A DNA stretch of 64,000 nt from Toensbergia leucococca (taxonomy: Eukaryota). The notes beneath the pieces are model-generated. The model saw only the letters and a list, made by a program, of their open reading frames with translations. It searched no databases and was not told where the DNA came from. This document shows, piece after piece, positions 13,249 to 26,400 of the stretch; within the stretch, counting starts at the first letter, position 1, and each line of letters opens with the position of its first letter. Position numbers and translations under genes: made by a program. Where the stretch lies: NCBI GenBank assembly GCA_022813965.1, contig JALDZS010000020.1:124001-188000 (forward strand). Reading direction: 5' to 3'.

Positions 13249-13367
13249 ATACACTCTCTTCACCTCAGTCGTTTGACACAAACATTCTTAAGTCAAGACT
13301 CCGAGCGCATACACTCTCATTACCTCAGTCGCTTGACACAAGTCCCTCAACACAAGACTCCGAGCGC
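13249..13367. repeat. Imperfect ~60-bp tandem duplication
   Basis: ATACACTCTC..ACCTCAGTCG.TTGACACAA..CAAGACTCCGAGCGC occurs at 13249-13308 and again at 13309-13367. Confidence 0.85.
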
Positions 13368-13375
13368 GATTCGGG

Positions 13376-15340
13376 ATGACAACCTACGGCAAAAAGAAGC
13401 GTGGACTGCTGTCTGCCTTCTCGGTCCTCCACAACGAGAAACCAAACATGGATGCGAACGAAAAGGGCTCTGGTATGTAGACACAATATGACCATTGTGC
13501 TGACAGCTGCTAACACTCTGGTATCCAAGCTCCTTCCTACCTTGAGAGGGCAAAGTCTGCCATGTCGCGGCCATGTAGTAGAGCAAAGAAGGAAAGCGAC
13601 GGTGTTGACGAACTGGCCAACGCACTTCTGGACGACACCACGCTAAGTCTGGCTGCGTCGTCTCCTCAAAAAAAGCATACTTCGGCAGATATCAGTACAC
13701 CCGTTTCTCCTAGATCAACCGTCGAGGTATTGAACAAACCTTTACCATCTCTGCCTCAAGCCTCAAGCCTGTCAGAGCGCCAGTTGAATGAAAAGACCAT
13801 GCCGGCTTTGAAATCGAAGACGACGAAGTTGAAAGTCACCGAGAAAGGCAAATCCCGACCTACAAAGCTTGATATTTCCAGTCCTATTCCCATTGTTCAG
13901 GCCCAAGACTCCGGCTCTGATAGCAACCCACTGGGTAATAAGCAAACTGGTCGCACCGGTCAGGATATTTCTGGCTCGCAAACGAGTACCATAGATGCTG
14001 CATTGCTTAGTAGCAAGATATCAAATCTTATTATGATGAACGAGGCAGCCGCTGCCAGAGCGCAGAACTCACGAAACCAACCCCAGAGCAAGGGCTCTAC
14101 GAAACCCGAGAAGAAACAAAAGTTGCCTCCCCTCCAGAGAAGTAAGAATGTATTGGCAAAAGCAAAGAAAGCCATAGCAGATCGGCTGAGCAGCAGTACA
14201 GAGAGACAAGCAAAGCGTAAGGAGAACGAGCCTAAGCCGCTGGATTCTACTCTCGACGATGCACCAATTTCGCAGAGTAAATTCGACCCTGAAGCCTATC
14301 GAATTAGACATGGCCGACGCGTTGCTGAAGGCAATAACCTCGGCAATGCTAAGATTCAGGCGATAATGGGAGATGGTAAGATCAAACGAAAGCCCTTACC
14401 AGTCTATGAGAGTATGAAGTCATTGACACGACTTTCCGACTCAACTCATGATCCTTGCTCCGATGAGAGTGTGATGGACGATAGTTTCACGTCTAAGGAG
14501 TTGTCTGGATTTGACTTTGATTTCGATCGGCGCGGTGGTGAACGAGTAAGCGTACAGTCTCAAGAGGGTCTTCCGAATGGTGTGGATACCATGACAGGGT
14601 CTCCTATCGAAGTCTCTCTCAAAAACACCGGACAAGATTCAAGGTTCTCCGAAATGATCTCTGGTTTGGCTCAACACTCGGATACAGAGTACTTTTCAAG
14701 CAGCCCCATCGATGTTTCAACGCCTCCCATCCTCCTAGGGTCGCGGTCGGATTTCAAGGGCGAAAGCAAATCGACGAGTGACTTGGCATTGAGTCCTTCG
14801 CTCTTAGACTTTAGTTTCGAAGAATATAGCGACGACGACGAGGATGTTTTCACCCACAAAGACGGAGAAGCTGAATTGCGAGCCTCGAGTCTCAAGAGAA
14901 AAGCGGCTAAAGTAGATCTCCGGTCGGGACCTGCACCAGCACCAAAGAAGTCCAGGAAAGATCAACTTTTCTTTGTCGAGGATCTAACGCTTACTACTAA
15001 AACTGGAAAACTGGATACGGAAGAAAGACAAGCTCTTTCTACGAAGGATGTAAACAAAAAGATGGGGAAATTTGACAAAGACGGATACAAAGCTAAGGGC
15101 TTAGGGATTTTTGAGGTTGGTAAGGGTAAGGAGAAGACAATCGACGAGGCCCCGAAGCTTCAATCTCGAACAGGCTTTGGGAAGAGATCCTCATTACCAA
15201 GACCTGCCAGCACCGCAATCGGTCTTGGAATCCAAGGAACAGCGAAACATTTCGTCTATGCACCGGAAGGAGACAGTATGTCTCTAGACGAGCTGCAGAT
15301 GGATAAGAGTGCGTACAGTGCGCTCGGGAAGAAAGCATGA
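13376..15340 (+). CDS. Hypothetical Ser/Lys-rich, probably disordered protein
   Basis: 592-aa ORF extended 5' by exon MTTYGKKKRGLL..; intron 13473-13529 (GTATGT..CTAAC..AAG) is in frame. No recognised domain. Confidence 0.75.
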
Positions 15341-15854
15341 ATCTTACCATTTACAGCCAGATACCATTGTATCAATATCGTCTCAGCTCTAGAGGTCCAC
15401 GTTGATGAAGTTGGTGGACTCACATAAATCAAGGGGATTAATGCAGGCGGAGGAAGTTCTGGCAGCGGCCCTTTGCAATAAATGATGTATTCTAAGGAGA
15501 AATTTAGCAAAGCATGTCAAAAAAAAGGGAAAATTGCAGGTACATGAATGAGATGTTCACCATGAGCTCTGCTCTTCATCTGGGCATTGACATGGAAAAC
15601 TTGAGTTCTTACCTAGAAGTGCGATGCTCCTAATTGATCGTAGCATAAATGCGTAATGAAGAATACCTATCCGTAGTGAGAACACCTACTGAGGAAATCA
15701 CACGCTTGATGCCATGATCGACCAGTATTAGGGGCATAGTAGGTTTTCAGCACATGCATTGCCCAAAATCGCCGCTCTCATAAAATGCTCATACAAACGC
15801 TGCTAGGCCCCATAACTCAACAGCTTGGCCGCCATGATTCCCCAGCCCAAAAAC

Positions 15855-16717
15855 TCAGGTCAATTTTTGCTTGATGAAGAAGGCTCGCAGATGTGAAAGC
15901 TGCCAAGCACATGTGATGCCTAATACTACCAATTGAACGAGCGTCCATCGAACCACCCGAGCGTTGGTAGTCTCGGATTGGTCACGGAATTCTGCTTCTC
16001 GTTCCTAGACGGCAAATTTAATTAGCAAAGAAACCTCTCAAGTCTTCGCTTATCCACACACAGCTCCCCCCCCACTCACCCTTTGGAACACCTGCTCCCG
16101 TCGAATATCCTGCAACCGGCCATTCATTTCCTTGACCTTGACGACAATATCGGCAATCTTCCCCTTATCCACACTCTCAATCGCGCTCGTCTCCCCAATG
16201 GCCAAATCGAGCGACAACTTGATGCCGCCGACCGGTTGACCCGAGCTCAGCCATCCGGCGGACGAGGTCGCGTGCGAGGGCGTGAAGCAGATTTTGTGCT
16301 CGCCGCTGTCGGCGGCGCTGAAGGTGAAGCGGCCGCCCGAGGAGCCGCGTTGAGAGACGACGCGGTGGTCGTTGTCGAAGGTTTCGTCGACGCTGATGAA
16401 GATACCGATGTCCGGATTAGGGGCGAACGTGTTGATTGCGGCGTCGTATTGGGAGGCTTGGTAGTGGCCTAGCGCGCGTTAGTCCAATGAAGAAGTGAGA
16501 GAGAATGGTAATTGGGTATCTGGGAAAAAGGGGTGGTTGGAGGGATAGTGGACTGACCAACTACTAAGGTGTCTTTGGGGAGTTCCTCGTAGAAGCACTT
16601 TGGAGTTGTGCCTTCGATGTAGAAGTAAAGGGCTTTGGTAGGGACGATCAAGGACAGTACGAAGATCAGAAAGAAAGATCGTACCAAGCGCAATGGTCTC
16701 GAGTATGAGAGCTCCAT
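15855..16717 (-). CDS. p24/emp24/gp25L family cargo receptor (alpha subfamily, Erp1/TMED9-like)
   Basis: Signal peptide then [38 protein letters not shown]-terminal TM and FFIKQKLT*. Two introns. The start could be 16726. Confidence 0.92.
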
Positions 16718-16954
16718 AATTTGCATGTAAGAGTGTGAAAAGAAGGAGGGCGGACAAGAAACATTTCGAGATGTGGTCTGAGCTCGCTTGAATCTTGGCA
16801 GGAGTGTCGGCCATTGGCTCGATTGATTCAAATTTCTTTCAGTCTCACACCTCGAAGTCTATCAAGGACTGTATTGGTGTCCGTACAGGTCGCTGTTGAT
16901 TGCCATGGCCAACATAGAAGTAAAGTAACTCAGTCCCGAGTCTGAGAAGCCAAC

Positions 16955-18786
16955 ATGACCACCGCCGATGTGCGTGATATGCTGGATCTGCCAAGCGACG
17001 GGCATCCAAGACCAGCGAAGAAGCAGAAAACAGTGGAGAAGCGACCAGGTCAGCATGTCCACCTCACCGGCCCTAGCTTCGACTTGTTAACGTGCAGCAG
17101 AGGGCATCACTCGAGAATTGTTTGCTCTCCTCGGCGAGCGAGCTCCCCCGGTAGCAATTACCGACCACATCAAGTACAAGGAGCGGCCAAAGTGGTCACA
17201 CAAGGTACAGCAATGGTATTTCGCAGCTAAAAGTTCCAACTTAATATCAGAAGCGTGCTGATGTCCGCAGGGAAATCACCCCATTTGGCAATCCGGCCAG
17301 AAGCGATGGTTTGATACTCCGGCATTGGAGGCGGAAGGGGGATCCAAATGCTGCGAACACTCCTGCGACTCCGGCGGAAATGAACACTATGGTCGAGATG
17401 GAAGTGAATAGTAAAGCACCTCAGACGGAGCTGGATTACCATTTTGCAAAGTTCAACGTCAAGGTGCCTGGGCCCGAGTACAGCGAAGAACAGTACGAGA
17501 CCCATCTCAAATGTGAAAACTGGAGCAAGCAAGAAACAGACTACTTGATCGATCTAGCAGTGGAATATGATCTCCGATGGGTCGTGATCGCAGACAGATA
17601 CGACTACTCAGCTGAGCAAAGACCACCAGGCGAATCTACCCCATCAGCAGTTCCCCCACCCCCTAGATCTATGGAAGATATGAAAGCCCGCTATTACGAA
17701 GTCGCAGCCAAAGTCCTCGAGCTCAAAAACCCCCTGTCGAGCATGTCAACTCCTGAATTCGAAGTACACGAAAAGATGACCAAATTCTCCCCCACACGCG
17801 AAACCAACCGTAAATCCCTTGCCAACGCCCTCTTCTCGCGCTCCAAAGACGAGCTCCAAGAAGAAGAGATCCTGCTAGGCGAGCTCAAACGTATCGTCAG
17901 TAACGAAGAGCGCTTCTCCCAGGAACGCAAAGACCTCTACGCCCGCCTAGAAGCACCCCAAAGCGTACCGGGGAACACCTCCCTCTACCAATCCAGCCAG
18001 GGCCTGCACCAACTAATGCAAACCCTCGTCAGCGCCGACAAATCCAAAAAGCGCCGCTCCCTCGTCGGCCCCAACGGCGAAATCGCCTCCAGCCCCGGCA
18101 CCGGCAACCCAAACCAGCCCTTCACTTCGCAAAGCGACCGCAACCCTCACCGCGACTCCTTCAGCGCTTCTTCTCTTAAGAAGGGCCCTCTCTCCGGGCC
18201 CTCCGGTCCATCCGCCACCGGCGTCCGCCAACTCACTCCCCGCGAAGAACTGAAATACGGCATCACGCACCATGAGCGCCTGACATCCGGTATCCAATTC
18301 CGCCACGAACGTATCACCAAGCTCTCGCAAGCCAAATCAAACATCCAGTCCACTAAAATCACCGCCGCCCTCACGGAATTGAGTGTCCCGCCCCGACTCG
18401 TCATGCCTACGGCAAAGGTATGCAACGAATACGAGCGCTTGATTCAGAGCATTCACACGCTGCTGGATGTGCGGAAAGTGAGCGAGAAGGTGGAGGGCGA
18501 GACGAGGATTTTGCTGGCGCAAAAGGAGCAGAGGGAGAATAGGGGCAGCGGGGGCGATGTCGATATGCTAAGGAGCTCACCTCCGCCGGCTGCTGGAGAC
18601 GAAGAAAGCATCGTCGAGACGAGAACAGAACAGACCCCCGAAAGGGAAGACGATGAGGATGCTGATGCGGACGGTGCGGCTGATGGAGTGAGCGTGGCGC
18701 CCAGCACCAGAAGCGGTGGCCGGAAACGCAGTACGAGCGTCGCGAGCGGGATGAGCGGGCAGAGTACGAGACGGACGAGGAAGTGA
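16955..18786 (+). CDS. SWC4: SWR1/NuA4 complex subunit Swc4/Eaf2 (DMAP1)
   Basis: MTTADVRDML, GITRELFALLGE, PFGNPARSDGLILRHW, SANT WSKQETDYLIDL..YDLRWVVIADRY, RSMEDMKARYY. Two introns near the 5' end. Confidence 0.95.
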
Positions 18787-19381
18787 TGGTCTGTGGGGTT
18801 TGGGGAAATTGGCGTTTGCTCATTCGATGGCCTGCGGTCTTGATCTTCCTCGTCGCTTTGACTGTATGGGCATTTTCGAGATTGGGGGTGGGGCTAGGCG
18901 TTTCTCGAAGTTCTTGGGGGGGGGGTTTTGGTTTATGCGATTGTTGCATTTGTTCCAACGGCTGGTTCCATAAGGAAGCTCCCATCGACTTCCTGTGATA
19001 GGGAGGAATAGATAAGTCATGTTCCTCTTCTTTCCATCCCCATCTCAACCAAGCATATTTCAGGAATAGTTTGACTTTTCACCTACGCAGTGGTTCGAGA
19101 TGAGGAATTCAGATCTCCACTACAAATGTAACCCGTCCTTGCACATATACTCACAAAATCTAATCCAAACGTTACCTGCCAAAGCATTTGGATTTGGCAT
19201 ACTATACCCAGTATCACCTTGATTCTAGCGTACTGACATTAGATATACTTCTGTTGGGTACCTCTGTACAGGCGGCTATCTACAACGAAAACGGTCCGTA
19301 CGAATCTTCAAAGGCACAAAGCTTGCTCAGGCCAGCCCAGCATCCAATATCCCTATCATCTGCCGCAACTTCGCACATCTC

Positions 19382-20944
19382 TCAAAACCCCCTTTCTTTC
19401 TCCAAACCGCACTCCAGATCCCCCAACTCCTTCTCCCGATACTCCAGCTCGTCCGCACTATTCGTCGTCTCCAGATGCAAATCCTCCTCGATCAAAGTCC
19501 TGATCCCCGGTTTCAGATCGCGCGTTTCGAGACCCAGATGATTGGGTTTGAATATTTGGGGGATGGACTCTCCAAAGCGTGCCCAGGAGCTCAAGGGGGC
19601 TTTTTTCTTGGATGAGCGGTTTGCGTGAGATTGGGGATCGGAGGAGGAAGATTTGCTTTTGCTTCGCATGCGGGTTAAGAGGGTGGAGATTTTGGGGGCC
19701 ATGGAGCGGAAGAAGCGGGGGAGGATGGGGAGATTGGTGCAGAGGATTGCGCTGGCGATTTCGCCGCCGCTATTAGGTTTTGTCAGTCAGGTGAGTTATG
19801 ACCAGAATCTGTTTGGCGCAAATGAGGAAATACGCACGTGGCAAATGTCAGTTGGGCCAGGATAAATGTTTGATCGCCGCTGCCGTACGCTCTAACGCTG
19901 TAAAAGAGATGTAAAACACTCGCAACGCATGCACTGAAGGACGTCAGCTTTGGTCTCAGCATTGGCGTAAGTCGCCAGTGGACAACACACAAAAAACTTA
20001 CACCGCACCAATTGCAAAAACTGCTGAAACCCCAATCTTATTTTTCGTCGACATCATCGATCGCCAGATCCAGGTCAGAGGCAACAACAACATTGTGAAG
20101 TCAGAAAAAAGAATAACTCCGGCAACAGTGATGTATAGTGTTGATTTGTTGAGGCAGTGGCCCGGAAGAGTCGGATCCCAGAGCAATGCCAATGGCCTAC
20201 ATTGTAGGGCGAAAAGAAACATGCTGACAGCAAGGTAGAGGAAATTAAAGATAATAAAGGCCCAAACAACATAGAAGGATTTGCTCCCGTGGTCGGGAAT
20301 GAAGAAATGGATAAATTGGAGAAAGACGGAAAGCTTGGCAAAAAATATGGCGGGCGGATAGACAATTTCTGCTGCGATGGCATGCTGGGGAGTGAAAGGC
20401 TTCGAGTCAGCTACAGTTCAGCTACGGACGAAACTCAGAGGGTGAGGCGTACACGGGCAAATGGGACCAAGTCGGTCAAGGGAACATCCCATTGATGAAT
20501 TCCCGCGCCGTACGGCAAGGTCGAGAAGACGCAAGCGCAATACACGATGTAGCCCAGCTAGCGAGAAGGTTAGGGAGTGCAATAAATTGTGCGAAGCATG
20601 TGGGACTGGTGCATGACAAGAGTCCAAATAGCCAGATAGGATGATGGCATACCAACGCGATGCAGGCCGTGTCTGTTTATCATCAGCAAGTACCCCCCAC
20701 GTCAATCCCTCCTGATTTACAAAGAAGACGACGTACAGTCTCCCCATCCGGGATTCTTGGAGATGTAGAGCTTCGTGTACATGCGTAAGAGGGTGGTGGC
20801 GGTTGAAATGGCCAGATAGAAGGCAAACATGGCAATCAAGACGGGCTGAAGAGAGTACGGGTCGACGAAGTTGGGAGTGACTCCATGTGGAGGGACCATG
20901 CCTCCCAGTACCTGAACCTGAGTGCCGTCGTCTGGCTGTGCCAT
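19382..20944 (-). CDS. PTH11-like (CFEM-less) rhodopsin-domain integral membrane protein, multi-exon
   Basis: PPHGVTPNFVDPYSLQ, LRMYTKLYISKNPGWGD, QCRP..WDP..GHC, DFTMLLLPL..IW, KIGVSAVFAIG. The last exon EIASAILCTNLPILPRFF continues into ORF 19382-19702. Confidence 0.85.
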
Positions 20945-22353
20945 AGTAGTGGTAGATGGAACGTCAATTGCTGGCGAAGGTGAAGGTGAAGGTGTACAAG
21001 AAGCAGCAGCTGAGAGATAGCTGCGTAAGGTCTTGGACCATAACGCAGAAGAGTGGAGCTTCTCATTATATGTTGTTCAAGGCTTCGGTCAAGCTGCGAA
21101 TGGACTACAGATGTTCGATAGTTTCTCGAGCCTCGTACCTGAATGCGGGGTGATAGATTAATCGAAAAAGGCGCACCAATCAAGCGTGACGCCAACCTCA
21201 ACCCACAAAATGTCTCCGCACTGCGGCTCGTTAGCGTACTAGTCATACGGCACTCACGCCTTAGCCTGTCTCGTGTGTGGAGGCAACCTTGCCATGAACC
21301 TCTGGAGACCCTGAAGACCTACCATGGGAACGCCCGGCAGCTATCGCTAACCGGGAGTGTAGCTAGCTAATTTTGTGTGGCTTGGTGTGGAGAATCAACC
21401 ATCTCAACATCCCGACCCACGGTCCTCCTCATCAGACCAACAAGAAAGCCTGAGCACATACGACAGGGAGGAAGTCAGGTATTCAACCTGGATTAAAATC
21501 ATGTCTTTCAGTGTTACATCCAATCCCGCCTCCTCTAGATCATCGTATCAAAGTCTTCCGCTCTTCTAGAAAGCCTTGCTTCCAAGCTTGACCGACTCTT
21601 TACACACTAGTATGGACCGACGCCCCAAAATGAACGCTTTGAACAAACGCTGCCCAGAATACATGGCAGGGCTTTGTAAAGCGTCGGCGATTTGTGAGTG
21701 AGTGGTAAGATCTGTGACTTGTTCTAATATTCCTACTCAAAAGTAACAGACAAGTCATGAATAGGTCTATTTAATTATCATCTTAATGTCGCGTTCTATT
21801 ATTTTTTTGAAATGCACTATCTATTCAGCCCTGGCATTCTTTTGACGAATGGCTGCTTTGGAATGAAATTCATGGAGGATCGGGCGCTCGATTTGCGGAC
21901 TTCAGGGGTGTAATCAACCCGAGGAAGAGTAGACCAGGGTTGAGAGAGATGATGGCTTTACGAAGTCGTGGTTTGAGCCCAAATTGAGGGGTCTGTGCTT
22001 TCTACGGTAATGGAAATGTCAGTGTTGGTCTACTCGTCCCAGCAAAGTAAATCCAGCTTTTAAAAACTATCATTGGATCGTGTGTTTCTCTCAACGGGGG
22101 CTTTTAGATTGTTCTATCTGAAGTGCTGAAAAATAGGATTGGGTGTGTTGTTCAAGGCTTTGGATGGGGGGCTCTTTCTGGGGCAAAGCAGATTGGCTGC
22201 GAGCGGATTCATACACGGAATAGAATCTTTAGGTGCTGTCACCCGGGTCAGTGACAAAATATTCGGAGGGCCTGCACCAACAGCTAACTCACTCCCAATC
22301 CAACCCCTAAAACTTCCCCACCTCTCCCGTTTCCTCACCTAAGCCACCCTCAT

Positions 22354-23452
22354 TCATAACTGCACATCATCATTCATCAACCTGACCTCCTCCCCAGGCT
22401 TGAAAGCCGGCAACCCCACATAAGGGCACCCATCGCACCTAAATGCATCACCCAACGCACAATTCCCACAGCTCCCCACCTTGCCTTGGACGGTGAAATC
22501 TACCTCTGCCAACTCATCTGTGCGGAGTTTTGCAAGGGCTTGGTCGGCTGTGGAGCGCTTCGCAGCATCTTCGGCTTCGAGGCGTTGGGCGAGGCCGCAA
22601 GAGCAGTCTTTGCAGGCGCGGCGGCGTTTTTTACCGTTTTGAGGGCGGCATTCAGGGGCTAGGGGGTGTTAGTGGAAGAAGTACTTTCACGGGAAATTAT
22701 TCTTGAATATATGAAGGAAAGCAGGGCATACGTTGGATGATCGGCTTGGAGAGATCGGATTCATCAAGAAGAGTATCTTCGTCAATGAGGTCGTCATCGT
22801 CATCTTCCACGGGGGCGTCAAAATCGTCCCCGAAATCTACAAAACCCACACCTGCCGGATGTGTAGACTCCATCGGGCCATTTTTCCGCTTCCCGTTTAG
22901 GTTCAAAGAGACGGCTCCTGTACCGACAACACTAGTCGCAGCGGTAGCACCACCGTCGTTCTTCTTCTTGCCAAAGCGCAGTGGAACCGATTGAGAGGAG
23001 TCATAATCTGGCTTGACCATGTCGTTGTTTCCTTCAAATATTAGACCTGCTAGAATTGACTCTCTACGTTCTTCTCCATCTTCTGAAGCAAATGTTCCAT
23101 CAAGGCTTCGAAGTTTCCCTCCGGGCTTCAACGCCTTGACTATTGTTACTAGGACTTGGCGGGTAATGAGTTTCTGTGACTCTGTACGGGTATTGTCGGC
23201 GTCACTAAGAATGATGACTGTATCGTAGGTTGTTTGCGGGAGGAAGACTAGGGACATGGAAAGGCGGTCGAGCATTTGAATATCTGTCGCATTGCGGTCA
23301 TGGGCTTCGAGGATACTGTCCAGCTTTTCTGGGTGTGACGAGAGGGAGGGTGGGGACAGGAGGAGGGTTCGTGGTAAGGTTTCCATCTTGGAGGGCGTCT
23401 GCGTATTTCCAAAAAAGTCAGAGGTGGTATCAGGAGTGACTGAAGGTGTCAT
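22354..23452 (-). CDS. DRE2: Fe-S cluster assembly protein Dre2 (anamorsin)
   Basis: [59 protein letters not shown]. Intron 22731-22659. Confidence 0.96.
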
Positions 23453-26400
23453 GGTGTTATGTTGATCGTAGAAAATATTTTTGGTAGGTGTCGAGATATT
23501 AGCTGTCTCAGTTGAATGAGTTCTCAACGATCAAGCTTGTAACATAGTCGGGTAAATATAAATTCTAAGAAAGTATTATCACTCACGATGCCTTTTTGGT
23601 TTGTGTCCATGATCAAGCATGAGGAATTCATTGATGGCGAAATGTTACCGTATCAAATGACAGAGTGCATAAGCGCTATCGGGGGATGACGTCGATGGGA
23701 ACATTTAGACGCTCGGCTGGAGCTCCTGTTCTTCCTCTCCGGCCTTATTTCAACAAGCCTTGACACTATCAACATCAGTGCTTCAGTCTTCCAGACCTAC
23801 TGTTGTCAATTGGAGACTCGTCGCTCCGAAGACATCCTGTCAACCTTTACATACTTACATCGATCTGTTCAGACAGCATTTCAGCTTTCTAAAAAATCAT
23901 CGAAGAGACTATAGTCTTTTCTCTCACCCAGGTATAAAAAGAAAAGTATCTTGGAGATGAGGAGTTCAAGTTTAAAGGGCAAGAGTATGGAAAAGACATC
24001 TCAGAAGATTTATAACCAGACATATATATTCATAGGTATCTGTGATACGACGTCGTGTCTCTAGCTCTTCTAATTCGCTACCGAGAGAGCTGATATAACG
24101 TCCACTTACTTCTGCAATATCAAGGAAGGGGCCGGTCTGTCAAAAGGTGTGGAGTATTCTTTGTTTCATTCTTGAGCGGTGACCAGTACGCCCCTGAGAT
24201 GTAAGACTCAAGCTCGAGCGTTCAACAAAAAGTAAAGATCAAGGTAATCAAGGACGCTACAACAAGAATGCATTGGTCATATCAATCGCTTTTGATACGC
24301 AATTGGGGAATTCCGATGTCCTCTTTCCCAGTGCTGCTCAGAGTAGGTAATTTCTCGGAGAATTGAGGTTTGAGACTCAGTACCAAACATAGGACGATTA
24401 CATTAAGGAATTCCTGAGTGAGAAAAAAAGAGAGAGGCACATCAATTCTGCGCTCCATGATGCTGTTATAAGATATATCCTGAAGGCTGAATTGATGTAT
24501 CGAGCAGATTAGGCCCGGATGGGCCCGGAAATTTCATGCTGAGAGCCACTCATGACATTGCAAAAGCTATCGCAGTGTAAAACCTTCAAGCCTGTCAAGG
24601 ATGGTGCTGTCAATAAATTGATACCATGTGCCGCTTTGAATGTAGGTAGCGGTCGTTATCGTACGAGAAAGCTACGTGCTTTTACTTTCATTGTCTGCAA
24701 GTTGATTTCCCATATGAGATCTTTGGTGTCATTGCTTTGCGGACCAAATTAACGCATACACAGAAGCCAACGGTGCTCACTTTCTTTCTCCGAATTTGTA
24801 GGTCGATGTGGGTATGAAAAAAAGTTAGTGAGAATAAATTAATCCGGATTCGGTGGCAGTGATGTTGAGACAATTTTTTAAGAAATTGGAATATTAGCTA
24901 TACAAGAAGTTGTCTACCTAGTCGAAACGTATGAATTGGAAAGGATGGGTCGGGCGTTATCTGAGTCTCAAAAGTCCCCACCCAATTGGGGAATTTCCGA
25001 GATTCTCAGTTTTTGGTCTCTGATTTTGAATCTCGGTGTTATCTTCCTGCAAGTTTTTTCTTTGTTCCTTTGCGTGGCCATATCGCTTCCTGCCGGACTA
25101 TTGCGTTTTTTTTAGGTTGATGGTCTCCCTCTTGATAGGTAGTTGTTTCCCTCTTCTTTTATCTGGTCAAGTGGGACGGCGTATGCACTCGTGTTACCAC
25201 GTCACAGCTTCAGGAGATCTCTTCCAATGCAGAGACTGCCATGCAAATTCCCACAGGACCTAGGGTTAGACGTCCACAGCTTCATCTTGTGTACCATTTG
25301 CAGTCCGCTCCGTGATCGTTCCCAGCATTTTGACGAGGTATCCATTCTCGTTCACTATTATGTCTATATCTAAATGTCACTCCTTCCAGCAATCTATCGT
25401 GTATGGTCTGAAAACCATCCCATGTTTTGGCCGTAACAACAAAAAACACATTTGCAAATATATTCACAATACTAGCTTACCTCAAGAAGCAGAATCATGC
25501 ATCACAATGGACACTGAAAGCCATTAATCTATTTACACTACTGAAGCAAGCCTCTATTCGCAGAGAGGGCGCTGTACGGAAAAGCAAAGACTGTTCTCAG
25601 CCAATGAAGCGATCAAGTCGTAGGTTCCATGCGCTTGCTCATACAGCGAGGTAGTATCCCCGTACTGTATAAAAGGGAATCGACACATCATCGGCATCAC
25701 ACGCCACAGAACTTCTCTTACCATTTTCCAATACCCGGGATACACCAGGCGATCTACAAAGCTGAGCATTTTGCCGATGCAACAGCGGATTCAATCATCG
25801 TCCTGAGAAAGCCCAGATGGGCGTCGTTTCAAGAGGCCTGTTACATCTCAATAGGTACTTACCAATCGAGACCATACTTGGGACGGAAGACTCGAGAACG
25901 TTGAATACCGCATCATTCTAATTTGAAGTGCGAGGCACCAAACTGCTGTCGAACATCAGTTGGACCAAAGGTATTCCTTCTTTGATTACCCCACATACTA
26001 CACCATATCAAAACCTTCTAACCCCTGAATCCGGCTCCTTCTACCCCTTGGCAAAGCCACCGACGACCAGATCAGCCGTCAACTTTCTCATCGGCTTCCA
26101 ATTTTAACACACAGAACCGGATGCCTTGCCTTAGTGATTATACCTCTTTTGAAAAATTGGGGAGGGTCCGGATAATGAGAAAGAGACGACCCAAGGTTGC
26201 AGAAAGGAGAGAACACAGCTGAGTAGACTGAAGAAAGCGGGCGATTCCGTGTGGAGAGACTAGGACTTCAGAGTATTATGATTTTGTAGGGGGATGATTT
26301 GATGATACAACCATCTCATCAACTCACTGCGGAGCCTTCACGTTATTGCAGAATACATCTTCTGGATGAAGACAGTTGATTCGGATTGGTGGTAAAGAAA

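Noticed and set aside
10150..13367. Tandem repeats as CRISPR-like arrays
   Set aside because: No unique spacers, eukaryotic context, no cas genes.
16083..16472. 129-aa + strand ORF
   Set aside because: Antisense shadow of the p24 coding exon.
19382..19702. Stand-alone 106-aa ORF
   Set aside because: It is the in-frame last exon (cytoplasmic tail) of the PTH11-like gene.
25157..25186. FYLVKWDG, resembling a chromodomain YLVKW motif (chromovirus remnant?)
   Set aside because: Flanking residues do not continue a chromodomain (no TWEP-like motif), and no integrase/RT fragments were recognised nearby.
25282..25769. Minus-strand ORF fragments vaguely like a decayed HET-domain gene
   Set aside because: No convincing conserved motif by eye; would need tBLASTn/HMM support.
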